Positions 1 to 12,521 of a stretch of 64,000 bases of DNA are shown here, piece after piece (position 1 is the first letter of the stretch; every line of letters begins with the position of its first letter). The DNA is from the human T2T-CHM13v2.0 reference genome, Homo sapiens: NCBI RefSeq assembly GCF_009914755.1, contig NC_060929.1, one strand, 5' to 3'. A program made the translations under genes and the position numbers. The notes under the pieces were generated by a model. It worked only from the letters and a program-made list of their open reading frames with translations. It was not told the DNA's origin and searched no databases.

Positions 1-127
1 TGTACTGTACCTGCCTTCTGAAAAGAATGCAAAGCCCTCAAAGTCAAGTGCATAATATAATATCCTTATGGTTTTGCAGCCTACTATTCATTCAGTACTC
101 AATAACTAGCAATGAACAGCAAATGTA

Positions 128-226
128 ATTATATATATATGTATATATAGAGAGAGAACACTTATGTATATGTAGAACATATATATGTATATATATAGAA
201 CACACACACACACACATATATATATG
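128..226. repeat. Compound (TA)n/(GA)n/(CA)n microsatellite
   Basis: Direct read: tatatatatatgtatatatagagagagaa...cacacacacacacacacatatatatatg. Confidence 0.9.
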
Positions 227-734
227 AAACATAAGAATTTATGTATAGCTATGCTGAACATTTGGCTATCAGATAAAACTGTAGCTTTACAAATACTTAA
301 GAACAGAAAAACTGAGATTGCTCCTAGATCTGGGGTGGCCAAAAGAAATGGAATCAGATGTTTTTGTTAATAGGTAATGCCCGAAATCTTATCAGTCATA
401 AGCACTGGGCCAGACAGACCTGTGCTTAGATATTCTAATAAGGTATACCTTTACTAGTACCTTTGTTAGAAAAAAAGATATCCCCTCTAGGTGGACAAAT
501 CAGAAAAACAGACCAGCTCTTAACAGGTCAAGCTTAAGAGCACATAGCTTGGTGATGGTGGCAGAGAAGGAATTTTAGACTCTCCGGCTCCCTCCACAAG
601 GCACTATTGTGCAGCACACACATTGCACAACCTCACAGAGTAGTCTTGGCCTTAGCTGAGGGGATAAAAAGAATTGTTTAGTTAAGAAATGAGATTTAGC
701 AGCTTACATAAATCATTAAGGTGTTTTACGCACT

Positions 735-940
735 TTTTGTACATCAGTGCCTTACATTAATTAATCCATTTAATTCTACCTGCCATGAGTCTATCCACAC
801 CCATTTTACTCATGTGGAAACCAAGGCACAGGGAGGTTAAATGGCTTGTCCAAGGTCACACAGCCTTTGAGTGGTAGATTCTGGATTCAAATACATGCAG
901 CCTGATACTGAAACTCTGTTTGTGAACACTTTATTGCCTT
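735..940 (-). mobile_element. MIR SINE relic
   Basis: MIR core in reverse: cccattttactcatgtggaaaccaaggcacagggaggttaaatggcttgtccaaggtcacacagc...ggattcaaa. Confidence 0.85.
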
Positions 941-1957
941 TAAACTGATGAAATTAGAATAAATGTAAATTCCTGGGACTATTAAAAAAGTGTAATAAGC
1001 TGTAAGAACGAGGCATTATGAAGTAAAGGAACTCACTTTGGGAAATACCAGCTTAGAACTTAATAGGCTTATGATAGTATTTATAAATAATCAAAGGATC
1101 AAGTTGATAAGCCATTCTGTGACTTGTAGATAAATATCTTATCAGTTTTTGTACCCTGCTGAAATCCTTCCTCAAGAGATTAAATCACCAAAGGGGTTAA
1201 CTCTTTTTTTGTGTGTGCAATTTTTCCACTGCCAATAATTTTGTTCCCTGAGCAGTGAAACAAGTAATTCACAAATCAAGAGCATGTTAGGACTATAGGT
1301 CCTCATTTTCCTAACTGCAAAGAAAATTATTTTAAAAGTAATTTTCCCCTCAGAAGCAATTCCAAGACTGAAGATTAAATATACAGAGAAGCAATGATTC
1401 AGGCTTTTAAAAAAATAGCTTTTTAAAGGAGTATAAGTGAAAACAGTTAAGTCAATATATTTAATTACCAAGATTTTATTGTATCTTTTACTCACATAAA
1501 AAGACTAAAATAAAACGTTTCTGGTTTTCACAGTAACTGATCTGATAATGTCAACTTTTGAAAACAGATAGTTATGACTCAAGGCTTTGAGAATGTAAAG
1601 AGACCACCTTCACTTGTTGAGAAATGGTACGATTTCACGTTATCAGTGCAGTTCCGTTCTCGGGGGAAAGGTAAGCACATAGCTAACTCCAGCTCCAAGC
1701 TGCTATTTCATGATAACAGCTCACGGAGCTGTGGGCCTGCTAAGCCTTTCCCATCTCGTTCTGGAATTCCTCTATAGCCCATCCGTACTACCAGGAGACT
1801 GGATCCGCAAAGTAGACACTTGGTCTCATGAAGCCACTGCTGGGCTCCAGAGAGAAGGGAAAACTAAGAGGTTTTAAAACCCCTACCCTCCTTGGTTTAC
1901 CTCCATCATTAAAAAACAACAATGACAACGACAACAAAAAACAAAACTAAAACGACT

Positions 1958-2105
1958 TATTATTTATTAATTATGTTGTGGCAGACAATATGCTGAACAT
2001 TAGACATAATTAAATCTTTTTAAAAATTGATAATTTATCTCTGTTTTATAGAAGTGTGAAACTGTCAGGAAGACAGATGAAATGATTTGCCTGAGGCTGT
2101 ATCAT
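1958..2105 (-). mobile_element. MIR relic (degenerate)
   Basis: ctctgttttatagaagtgtgaaactg...aaatgatttgcctgaggc resembles the reverse MIR core. Confidence 0.55.
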
Positions 2106-2169
2106 CAAACAAGAAATTCATATTCACCTTTCTGGAATTCTTAGGATAATGATTACATGTGTTCAATTG

Positions 2170-2920
2170 TTAAAAATTGGCAGATAAAATTTTATGTATT
2201 TACCACGTACAACATGAAATTTTGAAACATGTATACATTCTGGAATGACTAAATCCAGCTAATTAACATAGGTATTGGCTCACATATTTACTTTTGTGGT
2301 GAGAACAGTTAATATCCACTCTCAACATTTTCCAAGAATACAATATATTACTAACTATAGTCACCATGTTGTAAAACGGATCTCTTGAAGTATTCCTCCT
2401 ATATAATTGAAATTTTGTATCCTTGGACCAATGTCTCCTCACCCTACTCACTCCTCAAATATCCCTACTCTTGGAAACCACTGTTCTCCTCTCTCTACTT
2501 CTAGGATATCAGCTTTCAAGAGTGAGATATTGTGGCATTTGTCTCTCTGTTCCTAGCTTATTTCACTTAACGTAACGTCCTCTAGGTTCATCCATGTGCA
2601 ACCCCCTAGGTTCATGTCCTTTTTTAAGGTTTAATAGTTTTCTATTGTGTACATATGCCACAATTTATTTACCCATCCACTTCTTGATGGATGCTTCAGT
2701 TGTTTCTGTACCTGAGCTATTGAGGACGATGCTCCAGTGAGCATTGGAGCACAGATATTTTTACAGGGTGGTGATTTATTTTTCTTTGGATATATATACC
2801 CAGAAGAGAAAGTACTGGGTCATACGATAGTTCTTTTCTTTTCGTTTTTTTCTTTTCTTTTTTTTTTTTTTTAGAAACCTCCATACTGTTTTCCACAGTG
2901 GCTGCACCAATCTATATTCC
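2170..2920 (-). mobile_element. L1 3' end, L1MA-class
   Basis: Reverse L1MA 3'UTR/ORF2-end motifs: ttactaactatagtcaccatgttgta, cttatttcacttaacgtaacgtcctctaggttcatccatgt, agaaacctccatactgttttccacagtggctgcaccaat. Confidence 0.9.
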
Positions 2921-3159
2921 TAAATTAAACTTCAATGTGCAGATGAATTACCTAAAATTCTTTATAAATTGCAAATGCTGGTTTAGAAGGTGTGCTGATT
3001 TTGATGCATTTTTAAGACCCCCCTCCCATCCCGTGTGATGTTCCTACTCCACTCACTGATTTCCCATGTATTATCTAGGGTCTTAACCACATTGCTTGTT
3101 TTTCTATTAGAGTTTGGAATGGGTCACCCATGCTCTGAGGCTCTATGAAACCCTGAAGG

Positions 3160-3395
3160 GAGAGGTAAACATATAAGCTCTGCAATCCAACTGCTTGGTT
3201 TTGTATTTTGGATTTGAAACTTAGTAACCATTTTCACCCAGAGGAAATTCCTTAAGCTCTGTAAGCCTCAGTTTCTTTATCTGTAAAGTGGGAGTTACAG
3301 TGGTATTATCTCTCACTGTATTTTTAAAGACCAAATGAGAAACTTGATGTAAATAGGAACCTAATGCCTGGTACATAGTGAACATTCAATATATA
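3160..3395 (+). mobile_element. MIR SINE relic
   Basis: ctctgtaagcctcagtttctttatctgtaaagtggg...aatgcctggtacatagtgaacattcaat. Confidence 0.8.
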
Positions 3396-3419
3396 CATTC
3401 ATGAGTATTTTTAATTAAA

Positions 3420-3515
3420 ACATGTTCATTGCAACATTATTCACAGGGGCCAAGATATGAAATCAACCTAAATGTCTGCCAACAGATGACTGGATAAAGA
3501 AAAGGTTATATATAT
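3420..3515 (+). mobile_element. L1 fragment (ORF2 end)
   Basis: catgttcattgcaacattattcaca...gccaagatatgaaatcaacctaaatgtctgccaacagatgactggataaagaaaa. Confidence 0.85.
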
Positions 3516-3532
3516 ACATATATGTGTGTGTG

Positions 3533-3564
<32 letters not shown>

Positions 3565-3686
3565 AATATATATATATATACACACACATACACACACACA
3601 CAAACATATATATGTATATATGTGTATATGTGTATATATACACACATACATGCACAGATATATATGTATATATATGTATATATGTA
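3507..3686. repeat. Compound TA/TG/CA microsatellite
   Basis: About 180 bp of alternating purine-pyrimidine repeats; source of several spurious Y/I/H/T-rich ORFs. Confidence 0.95.
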
Positions 3687-3714
3687 TTACAGGCATGAGC
3701 CATCTCGTCTGGCC
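3686..3714 (-). mobile_element. Alu 5'-end remnant (29 bp)
   Basis: attacaggcatgagccatctcgtctggcc is the reverse complement of the first ~29 nt of Alu. Confidence 0.75.
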
Positions 3715-3757
3715 AATTATTATTATTATTTTAGAAATTTATCAGTGATGCTTTTCT

Positions 3758-4076
3758 GTTCAGCTTTAATGAGGTGTAATGACAAAAAAATTGAATATAT
3801 TTATGTATGCTGTACACTGTGATGTTTTGATATATGTATATATTATGAAATGATTACCACAATCAAGCTAGTTAACATATACATCACCTCTCATAATTAT
3901 CTTTTTGTGTAGTGAGAACATTTAAGACCTACTCTCTAAGCTGATTTCAATTATACAATATAGTATTACTAACTATAGTCACCATGCTCTACATTAGGTC
4001 TCCAGAAATTACTTTTTCTGCATAATTGAAAATTTCTATCCTTTGACCAACATCTCTCCATTTCCCCTAACCCCAG
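3758..4076 (-). mobile_element. L1 3' UTR, late L1MA-class
   Basis: cagctttaatgaggtgtaatgaca...gtgagaacatttaagacctactctct...ttactaactatagtcaccatgctctacattaggtctccaga...cctttgaccaacatctctccatttccc. Confidence 0.9.
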
Positions 4077-4078
4077 TT

Positions 4079-4292
4079 TACACACACACACACATATACA
4101 TATATAGTGTATATATACACATATATATGTACACATATATATGTACACATATATATACACATATGTATATATGTATATGTGTACACATATATATACACAT
4201 ATGTATATATGTATATGTGTACACATATATATACACACTATATATGTACACATATATATACACACGTATACATGTATATATACACATATATA
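4079..4292. repeat. Compound CA/TA/TATG microsatellite
   Basis: Direct read; includes repeated gtacacatatatatacacatatgtatatatgtatatgt units. Confidence 0.95.
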
Positions 4293-4377
4293 ATAATAAT
4301 ATCAAAAATAAAATAAAAATTGCTTAGAAATTTCAAAATACAATACCTTCCACTGAACTTCCTTAATCCACATAGCA

Positions 4378-4965
4378 CTGTATTTTTCTGTCTATTGCAT
4401 TGTCACAAATTTAGCCACTTAACACAGATTTATTATTGCACAATTTCTGTTGGTCGGGAGCCTGCCACATTTTGGCCAAGTCCTCTTCTCAGGGTCTCAT
4501 AAGGCTATCAGGGTGCTGGCCAACTGCATCCTCATCTGGAGGCCTGACTACAAAAAGATTGGCTCAAAGGCCCCTCAGAGTGTTGGCAGCATTTGTTTCC
4601 TTGTGGTTGTAAGATTGAGGTCCCTCTTGCCTCACTATCAGTCAGCTGGGAGTGACCTCACCTCCTCCAGGCTGCTATCAGATTATGCCACAGACCCCTT
4701 CCGTTTCTGTAATAAAGAACTGCCCTCATATTGAATCCATATCACACCTCAGATTTCTCTGATTTCCCTTCTGCTTTCAACTAGACAAACTCTCTGCTTA
4801 TAGAAAGGCTCATGTGATTAAATTGTGCTCTATTTTAAGGTCAAGTGTGCTATGTAACATGACCAAATAATGAGAGTAAAATCTATTATAGTGACATTCC
4901 CTGGAATTATGTAGAAGCGAAACTATTGCTGGAGGGGTAGTCTTTGGGGCCAACTTAGACTATTG
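4378..4965 (-). mobile_element. MaLR LTR, MLT1 family (MLT1E/F-like)
   Basis: ctcagggtctcataaggct...ctcatctggaggcctgact...tgttggcagcatttgtttccttgtggttgtaagattgaggtccc...aaaggctcatgtgatta are typical reverse MLT1 motifs. Confidence 0.8.
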
Positions 4966-7900
4966 ATTATTCCATGTTCAAGGAGAGGTGGCATATAATT
5001 GGAGAGCTAAGAACCGTCAATATCTCAACATCTAAAAAAATAAAAATTGTAATTGTATTTAAAATGTTAGGAAACATAGTTAGAAATTTAGGGTTTTAAG
5101 CAGATATAAAGATCTTTTAATCATGCTACTACCTAATTACAATATTAGATAAAGAAGAACAATTAAGCCTAGTCTATATGTTAGAGAAATATAGTAATTT
5201 TTTCTGGAATGATTTATTATGTGCAGACTTTGGGTTATTGGAATAGATCATTGAACATATATGTTTTAAAGTACTTAAAAATATTTTATAAATAAAGTTA
5301 TTTTTATACAGAACAGAAATAGTTGATATTGAATCAGAAATACTGTATTAGCATAAGTCATATGTTTAAGGAAATATATTCCTAAACAATAGGAAGAAAC
5401 ACAGGCAACACTGATGTAAAAAAGATTTACAGACATGAGCTTCATGCACTTGGTTTATGGACTAGAATTCTATGCCTTCTAGAAGCAGAAAATATGCAAC
5501 GACTCATTCTGCCTTATGGCCATTTCAGAGCTTTTAATCTAATAAAACCTATATGTCAGCCAGTAGCATGTCAGGGTCTTATTACTCTGCTTCCTTAGAG
5601 TCTGATATGGGAGGTTAAGTCCCTGCACAAATGTACCCCTTGGGGTTCCCTGAGGTGGAGCCATGCAGGTTTGCATCTTTGCTTACTGATATATATATAT
5701 AAAAGATAACATTAAATATTCTATTCCTGTTTTCACTTATGCGTTCACTAAGAATGATGAAAGTGGGAACTGTGTGGCATGGCCTAGGAATTGTGCATGA
5801 GCACACTCTATTTTACATGTCTCATCAGAAGTCAGTTTCTAACCTTCTTCTGTCTGTAGACAAGCATATCACCTAAGCTTTCTCAGAGATTAAAGGTATA
5901 CCACCTAGCTTAAATGGCCCAACTAATGAAAGAGAGGTACACTTAAATTGCATCTTAATGAGAAAAAATATGAAAAGGAGAATTAATAGAGATTTCTCAA
6001 AATTTAATGAGCATAATTTTTATTATTGAACAATGTTTGCCTATAAAGTCTTACTCAACTTGATGAAAAAATGCTAAGATACATGTTAAGGAGTCCTCAT
6101 TTTAATACTTTATGTAAAATCGTATATACATATACTTAAAGAAAAATAATGGCATATTTGCTGTCTTTAAATCATTGAGAAAAAAAAGACTACATGTGTC
6201 ATTTAATTTAGCTAAAGAAGGAAGGTGACTGAAAAATACAGTTTTTACATAAGATACTAAGTAGCTGGCTGGGTTTTGCTAATGTTCCCAAATTTGAAAT
6301 CATTTTAAAAAGAACACTCCAATGAGCACCAGAGAACTGAGACGTTTTAAAATAAAATTATAACTGCACTTAATCTCATATTGTCTCCTTAGCCTTTTGA
6401 CATTTTAATTGCTGTGCCATTTTTCACTGAGATGGCAAGCATTTTTTACATATGCATAATGTAGCCTGTGTTAATGCGTATTGATTAAAGTAGACAGTGA
6501 TGCGAGGATGTTGGAATTTTACCCACTGTGACCCTACTGAATGTTTCCCTCTGCTCTTTTTGTTTTCTTTATAACCAGAGGGGGAAGAAAAGCATGTATT
6601 TTCCAACAAGTCTCTATGCTATCTGAACTCTAGTATTAACAGGTGAAAAATGACATGTTTAACAAAAGAAAGACTAGAAAGCATCTACATCACAAACTTG
6701 TAAGTCTTTCATTTCTGCATTGGAGACACTATAGGAAAATCAATAACTTCCTTTGAGTCTAGTGATCTAGCTGCTTACAAGAAATTTACATCTCCCTGAC
6801 AGGCAGTTTGTAAGGTCTGGTTCACCTGGGTCACAGGAGTACACATAATTTGCATCTTGAGCAATTTCTCTCTTTCCTTCTACCTGTTCCATGAGGAAAG
6901 AAGATTGAACCTGGTCATAAAGAGAATCTCATTACGTCTCAGCTGAGAAGAGTAATTTTGTAGGTGTTCTTGGATTGCAAGAGTATCATATAATGATAAT
7001 ATTTTCTCATAGCTCTTCAGACCTATGCACACACCAGGAAATGAAAGTAACATACACCCAGGCACATTTGAAGCTTCTGAGCTGTCATTCACCAAATGAA
7101 ATTTAAGTGTTCCATCAAAGTCATTTGCAAATATGATCTCAAGATGGATATCCAGATTCTTTGCTAACAAAAATATACAAGAAGATAGACATTTAGCTTA
7201 CCTCTCATAAAATCTGAAAAAAAAATTCCCCTTCTATTTTATTCTGCCCTTCAAAATACACAAGATCTGAATGTCAAATAAATGTTTATATTATGATATG
7301 CTAATAATGCCTGGCATATATTTTCCTAGTTAGTTCTGTAAGCTCAGTTAAAAACAAATAAAAACCAAGGAGGCAATGCTGAAAACTTTTTGAATCAAAA
7401 ATAGAATGCAATAGCATTTAATTATAATTAAGTCTTTAATATGCTAATTTAAATCTCACATACTTTTAAGCATGGGTCTATTTGCAAATTCATCTAAATA
7501 AATATTTGGCACGAAGTCTAAATCCACTTTATTCCAATATGTTTTTTTTTCCGGGATAAAGATTATAATGAGATTCAAATGTAATAATTTTCATCCTGTA
7601 TTCATGAAAATAATTGTCTAGGTGTAAATGAACGTATTATTACAATTCACTATGTGTACTCATACCTAGTCATGAGGTCCTCATATATAAAATAGAGGGA
7701 GAGTACAACTTTAAAGTGTTTTATATATCCATTTCATATTTTTTCTCTTTGCAATTTAGGATGAATCTTCTTAGACAAATGGTTATGTTATTAATGCACC
7801 AACATTAACCTAGAAAAGGCTACTTAGTACTACTTAACTTGAATACTAATCACCCTGGCCTCAGTAGCCCACCATATCTTGCAAAGTATTCTGAAATAGT

Positions 7901-7989
7901 ATTGGTGATAAACACCATTTGGAAAGGAAAAATGGCTGTATCTGTGTTTTTACATGCACGCTCCCCTCATTATTTTTGCATATGATAAA

Positions 7990-8112
7990 ATAGATAATAT
8001 TTACTGAGCACTTATCACAAGTCAGTTGTCTTGTTAAGTGATGCAGAAGCATTTTCTATTAGTCCCCAGAAAACCACTGGGAGGTTGGTACAACACAGCT
8101 CCATTTTATCAA
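7990..8112 (-). mobile_element. MIR relic
   Basis: aatatttactgagcactta...ccattttatc. Confidence 0.55.
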
Positions 8113-9532
8113 AGGATCCATTCATGAAGACCTTGTACTCACATAATGAAAGATTAATTTCCCACAGGAGCAAATAAAAAGCTGAATGGGGGTGTTCTTT
8201 AGAAATATCACGGTGGTAATTCAGCTTGATTTAGAATGAATTTCTAAACCTATCTCTGCTGCACTATACTTGGTGGCTTGCTTCCCAATATTAGCCGTGT
8301 ACACCTTACTTTTATATCATTATGACAGAATACACTTTTTGTTTGCATGATGACAATACATGTTTAAATAAAAGACTATGCATCAGCAAAAGCACTCACA
8401 GGTGTTCTGATCCACTTCAACAACTGCTTGATTTACAATATGTTGACAAATTAGCTCAGGTCATCATTTATATTATCTAAGGTACTAGTGCTACATACAA
8501 ATAATAAAAACAAGAATTATAATGGTGTCCCTTCAGCTTTGAAATTCTGTGACTCTTCATAATAGCTTTGCATTATTTTAAAGTTAGCATATAAAATAAA
8601 ACTTCGTTACTTAAAAATTTGAGCACAGTTAAATTGTTGGCATCGGTTCCCCTATGTTTTTGAATATACAGGTTCCTGAAAAGGTCCATAGTTTTAGCAG
8701 AGTAGACTTTATAGCAGTGGTGAATTTTGAGGGAGAAAATAGATGAGGAATGTCATGTGCAAAATAAAGACCTAGTAAAAAATCAGCTAGAAGAGAAAGA
8801 AACTATCAATGCACACCACTCAACAGCAAGGACAAAAGAGAGACAGGACAAGAGAGGATCTGTTGACAATGGTACAAAAAGAAGGAAATAGAAAATACTG
8901 ATTTTCAACTCTGGTTTAATATGGTGACTTCTTATCCAACTGCCTTAATGTTGAAAATGAATAGTTTTCTCCAAATTTCTTAGGATAATGAGGATATGCC
9001 TACACATTTTCATTAGAAAATGGTGCATGGGTAAAATTTTCTTTAATGTTTTGTAGTGTGGCAGCATGTTTTTCTGCCAGGTATATTAATAAAACCATAT
9101 TATATTGTGTCTTTTCTGATCTATAATTATAGCTTACATGGTTCAGATGAATTTCCTCTCTGGCAGCTCTCTGTTTGACTTAATCGCTGCTGATAAACAC
9201 TATCACTCATTTTTTACCCACCAAATAAAATTTTTCATCTTGATGCATTTTGTCTGCATTGCACATATTTAAATACTCAATAACTACCACAGCAAAAACT
9301 CACTTCGGTTTTTACCTTGTAGACAAATGGCTTATCTATTTAGCTTAAATTCATAAACTTTGTTACAGCGTTATCAACTGGATGAGTTTAAATATACTGG
9401 AATCAGGTTTACCATGACATAATTTAAATAGTTTAATAGTTCATTAACAAGATATTAACAAGATCAAAATTATTACTCCTTACTGAAAAAGGCAGCTCTA
9501 TATACTAGGACATAGTCAAGACAGTAGCAAAA

Positions 9533-9585
9533 TGTGTCTGTGTGCGTGTGTGCGTGCATGTGCATGTGTGTGCCTGTGTGTGTAT
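9533..9585. repeat. Degenerate (TG)n microsatellite
   Basis: tgtgtctgtgtgcgtgtgtgcgtgcatgtgcatgtgtgtgcctgtgtgtg. Confidence 0.85.
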
Positions 9586-10162
9586 GATTCTTTAAGGTAA
9601 TGTTAGAGACAACAAATGGTAATAGACGGAGTAAAAATAAAATATGTACCAGGCCAATGAAAATTAGAAAAACTTCACCTATCTATTGCAATATACGTTG
9701 CTCTTCTGTTCTGGCTCAAATGGGTATGTGTTCCAGAAAGTTGCAAAACTCCTCAAAGACTCTTCGGTTCAATAGGGTATCCACCATCTGACCCATACAG
9801 TTGAGATTGAAAATAGATTCAGTCTGGCAGAAAAATGTCCACAGAAGGCTTTTCTCCTTTTTTTCTTTTTAGAAAAAAACAAGATAAAGCAAAACAAAAT
9901 AAATTATTAACATGCTGCTTTGGATATGTTAGATGTGTTTCCCAAGGGACACTGTGGTATCTTCATGGCTGGATATTTTCAGAACATCTCAGTGTATTTT
10001 CTTATTTACTGCCCTTGGTTCTCCTAGACTTTTGAACATTGAGTAGTCACATGAACGTTGTTTAGCAAAAGGAGGTGAACCAAGTAAATCATTCTCTGAG
10101 ATAAAGAAGTCCATGGGAATTGGCCTTACCTCACAGAAACAAACCAAAATGAATTGTAATAT

Positions 10163-10538
10163 TAATCTTAGTGCATTCAGGCTGCTATAACTAAAATAGC
10201 ATATACTGGATAGCTTATAAACAACATAAATTTATATTTAACAGTTCTAGAGGCTAGTTTAAGATCAGGGTGCTGGCTGATTTAGTGTCTGGTGAGGGCC
10301 CCTTTCCTGCTTCGTAGGTCACACCTTTTGGCTGTGTCCTGTGTTCTCACATGGTGAAAGGGACCAAGGAGCTCAACTCCCTTGGGCCTATATTATAAGG
10401 GCACTAATCCTATTTATGAATGCTCCACCCTCACGACTAATCAGCTCCTAAAAGACCTTACCTCCAAATATCATCACCACAGGGGTTACTTTTCAACATA
10501 CAAGTTTGGGGGAAAAGCAAACATTTAGATCATGGCAA
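10163..10538 (-). mobile_element. MaLR LTR (MLT1A/A0-like)
   Basis: tcttagtgcattcaggctgctataac...acagttctagaggct...tgtctggtgagggccc...ataagggcactaatcc...aaacatttagatcatggca; ~375 bp. Confidence 0.88.
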
Positions 10539-11044
10539 TATTCAATATCAGAAGCAGAAGATGATTCATGCTAGAGGGTCCTCGACAACTGTGTTTGGGA
10601 AAGTCATGCATGGCTCTGCACGGAGTCTCTGCCTGGCCCTCATTTAACACTCATGACCCTTGGAATGCACAGGCTCTGTGACCTTGCCCAAATCCTGAAG
10701 CTTTCATTCCATAATTTAAGGGGAACATACACAAGTGTATAGAATTGAGCTGTCATAGAAGCTTCACTATTCTCATCCTCTCTCTTCTCATTTCTTATAT
10801 CTTAACTATGATTGCTAACCCCAATGACCTCTTTGTCAACACTATGTTATGGAGTTCCCCTAAACCTTTTTGTTTCACCTCTCCTCTTCGGTCCTGTGTT
10901 CTGAAAATTAAAGATAAAATTTTTAGATGATTTAAGAATCCTTATGAAAAAATGAGCTAACTCTGGACATTTAAAATACTAAAACACCTAAAAGAGAGTA
11001 TCATATTGCAAGAATAATCAAAAACAACCTAAAGAAAAATATCT

Positions 11045-11322
11045 GGCTGGGCATGTTAGCTCACACTTGTAATCCCAGCACTTTGGAGGCTGTAATGGGA
11101 GGATCACTCAAGCTCAGGAGTTCGAGACCTGCTTGGACAACATAGCAAGACCCTGTCTGTATCATAATAATAATAATAATAATAAATTGCCAGACATGGT
11201 TGCACGTGCATGTAAGAGGCGGAGGTGGGAAGATTGGATGAGCTCAGGAGTTCAAGATTGCAGCGAGCTATAATTGTGCCATTGAATTCCAGCCTGGATG
11301 ACAGAACGAGAACCTCTCAAAA
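11045..11322 (+). mobile_element. AluJ with internal deletion, followed by a GA-rich tail
   Basis: ggctgggcatgttagctcacacttgtaatcccagc...; J-type motifs gctcaggagttcgagacc, aacatagcaagaccc, gagctataat; (TAA)n linker; purine-rich run to ~11392. Confidence 0.9.
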
Positions 11323-11685
11323 GGAAGGAAGGAAAGAAGGAAAAAAGATGGGGAAGGAAGAAGAGAGAGAGGGAGGGGGGGAAAAGAAAAAAATCCAAAC
11401 ACCTCAAATGTGGTTAACTGCAGTTGGGAATTCAATTTATATTTGAGCTTTCTGAAATCTGAGATACTAGAGAAATATATATTTAAAAAATAACATGCAT
11501 AATAACTTTATTACATTTATTTGTAAAGACTCATATGTTTATTATAGAATGGGGGATTAATCTTTCATTAAACTGGTCTTGTCGAAGTCACTACAACATT
11601 CACTTCCCAGCCATGTCTGTATAATGACTTCTTATCAGTTTATGTTGCTTCAGCATCCATTTTGAATACTAGTATTGCTTTCTCA

Positions 11686-12422
11686 TACTAGAAGCAGGGC
11701 TCAGTCACCCTTTACACAGTTTTTCATCCTACAGCATACCCAAAGGGCTGAAACTGGTGGTCATATATAAAAATTTAGAGGCATGTCTTCTGCCTAGCAG
11801 ACTGAACGCTGCTTTCTTGCCCCTTTCTTTAAAGGGACCATTCAGTCATTTGCTCTGAACTTTGAAGGCCCACACCCTAATCTTTATATAGTGTGCTAGT
11901 TGCCACCCGTTTCTCTCTCTTTGTCTGACTCTTCATTTCTGCCTGCCATGACTCCAGGATAAAGAACTGCCCTCCAGACTCATTATACCCTCCCACACAC
12001 CCTTACTTGGATCCTGGAGTCTGCAAGTAAAAGTCTTTGAACTTGTTCCTTATTTTGGTGTTACATTAAATTTGCACTTTCCATCTGAAGAATCAGGAGC
12101 TGCCTCAGGTTGGGTTTTCCCTGGAACACTGGGGAGAATACAACGTCAAGCTCCCAATGCCAAAGTGTTGACCAGGCAGGCGTAAACCAGACACAGGTCA
12201 GACAAGAATCACATGTGGCTTGCCAGTGTAAGTTTTCCCTGGTCGCAGGTATGATGTGTTTATTTTTAAAAATAACATCATGCATATATTAAGTTTATTT
12301 GTAATAAACTTACAAATAAAGTTTGTAAACACCCACATCCAACTCCTCATCATTTGCCCTTAGTGCAGGTTTGTCAGCTGCTCTAGTACTGGACCCATAA
12401 TTTAGCTGGGGCTCTGACATCA
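11686..12422 (+). mobile_element. Solo ERV LTR, probably MER54 (ERVL)
   Basis: tactagaagcagggctcagtcaccctt...ttccatctgaagaatcagg...tgtaaacacccacatcc...aatttagctggggctct matches a recalled LTR consensus; family name from memory. Interrupted at 12251-12323. Confidence 0.65.
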
Positions 12423-12521
12423 TGGAATATTTTATTTTCCCTTACCTAGCTCTCAATACACCCTATTATGCAGGCTATTCCTCTGCAGTCTCTTTTGTTG
12501 GTTTTTTCTCTTCCCTCTGAC

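Noticed and set aside
106-4327. Cluster of Y/I/H/T/C/V-rich ORFs
   Set aside because: These are translations of TA/CA/TG microsatellites, which lack stop codons.
6880-7170. 96-aa minus-strand ORF next to the microexon-like signal
   Set aside because: Non-ATG start and no recognisable domain. Splicing from the 12-nt candidate would need an intron of under 40 nt, too short for the human spliceosome.
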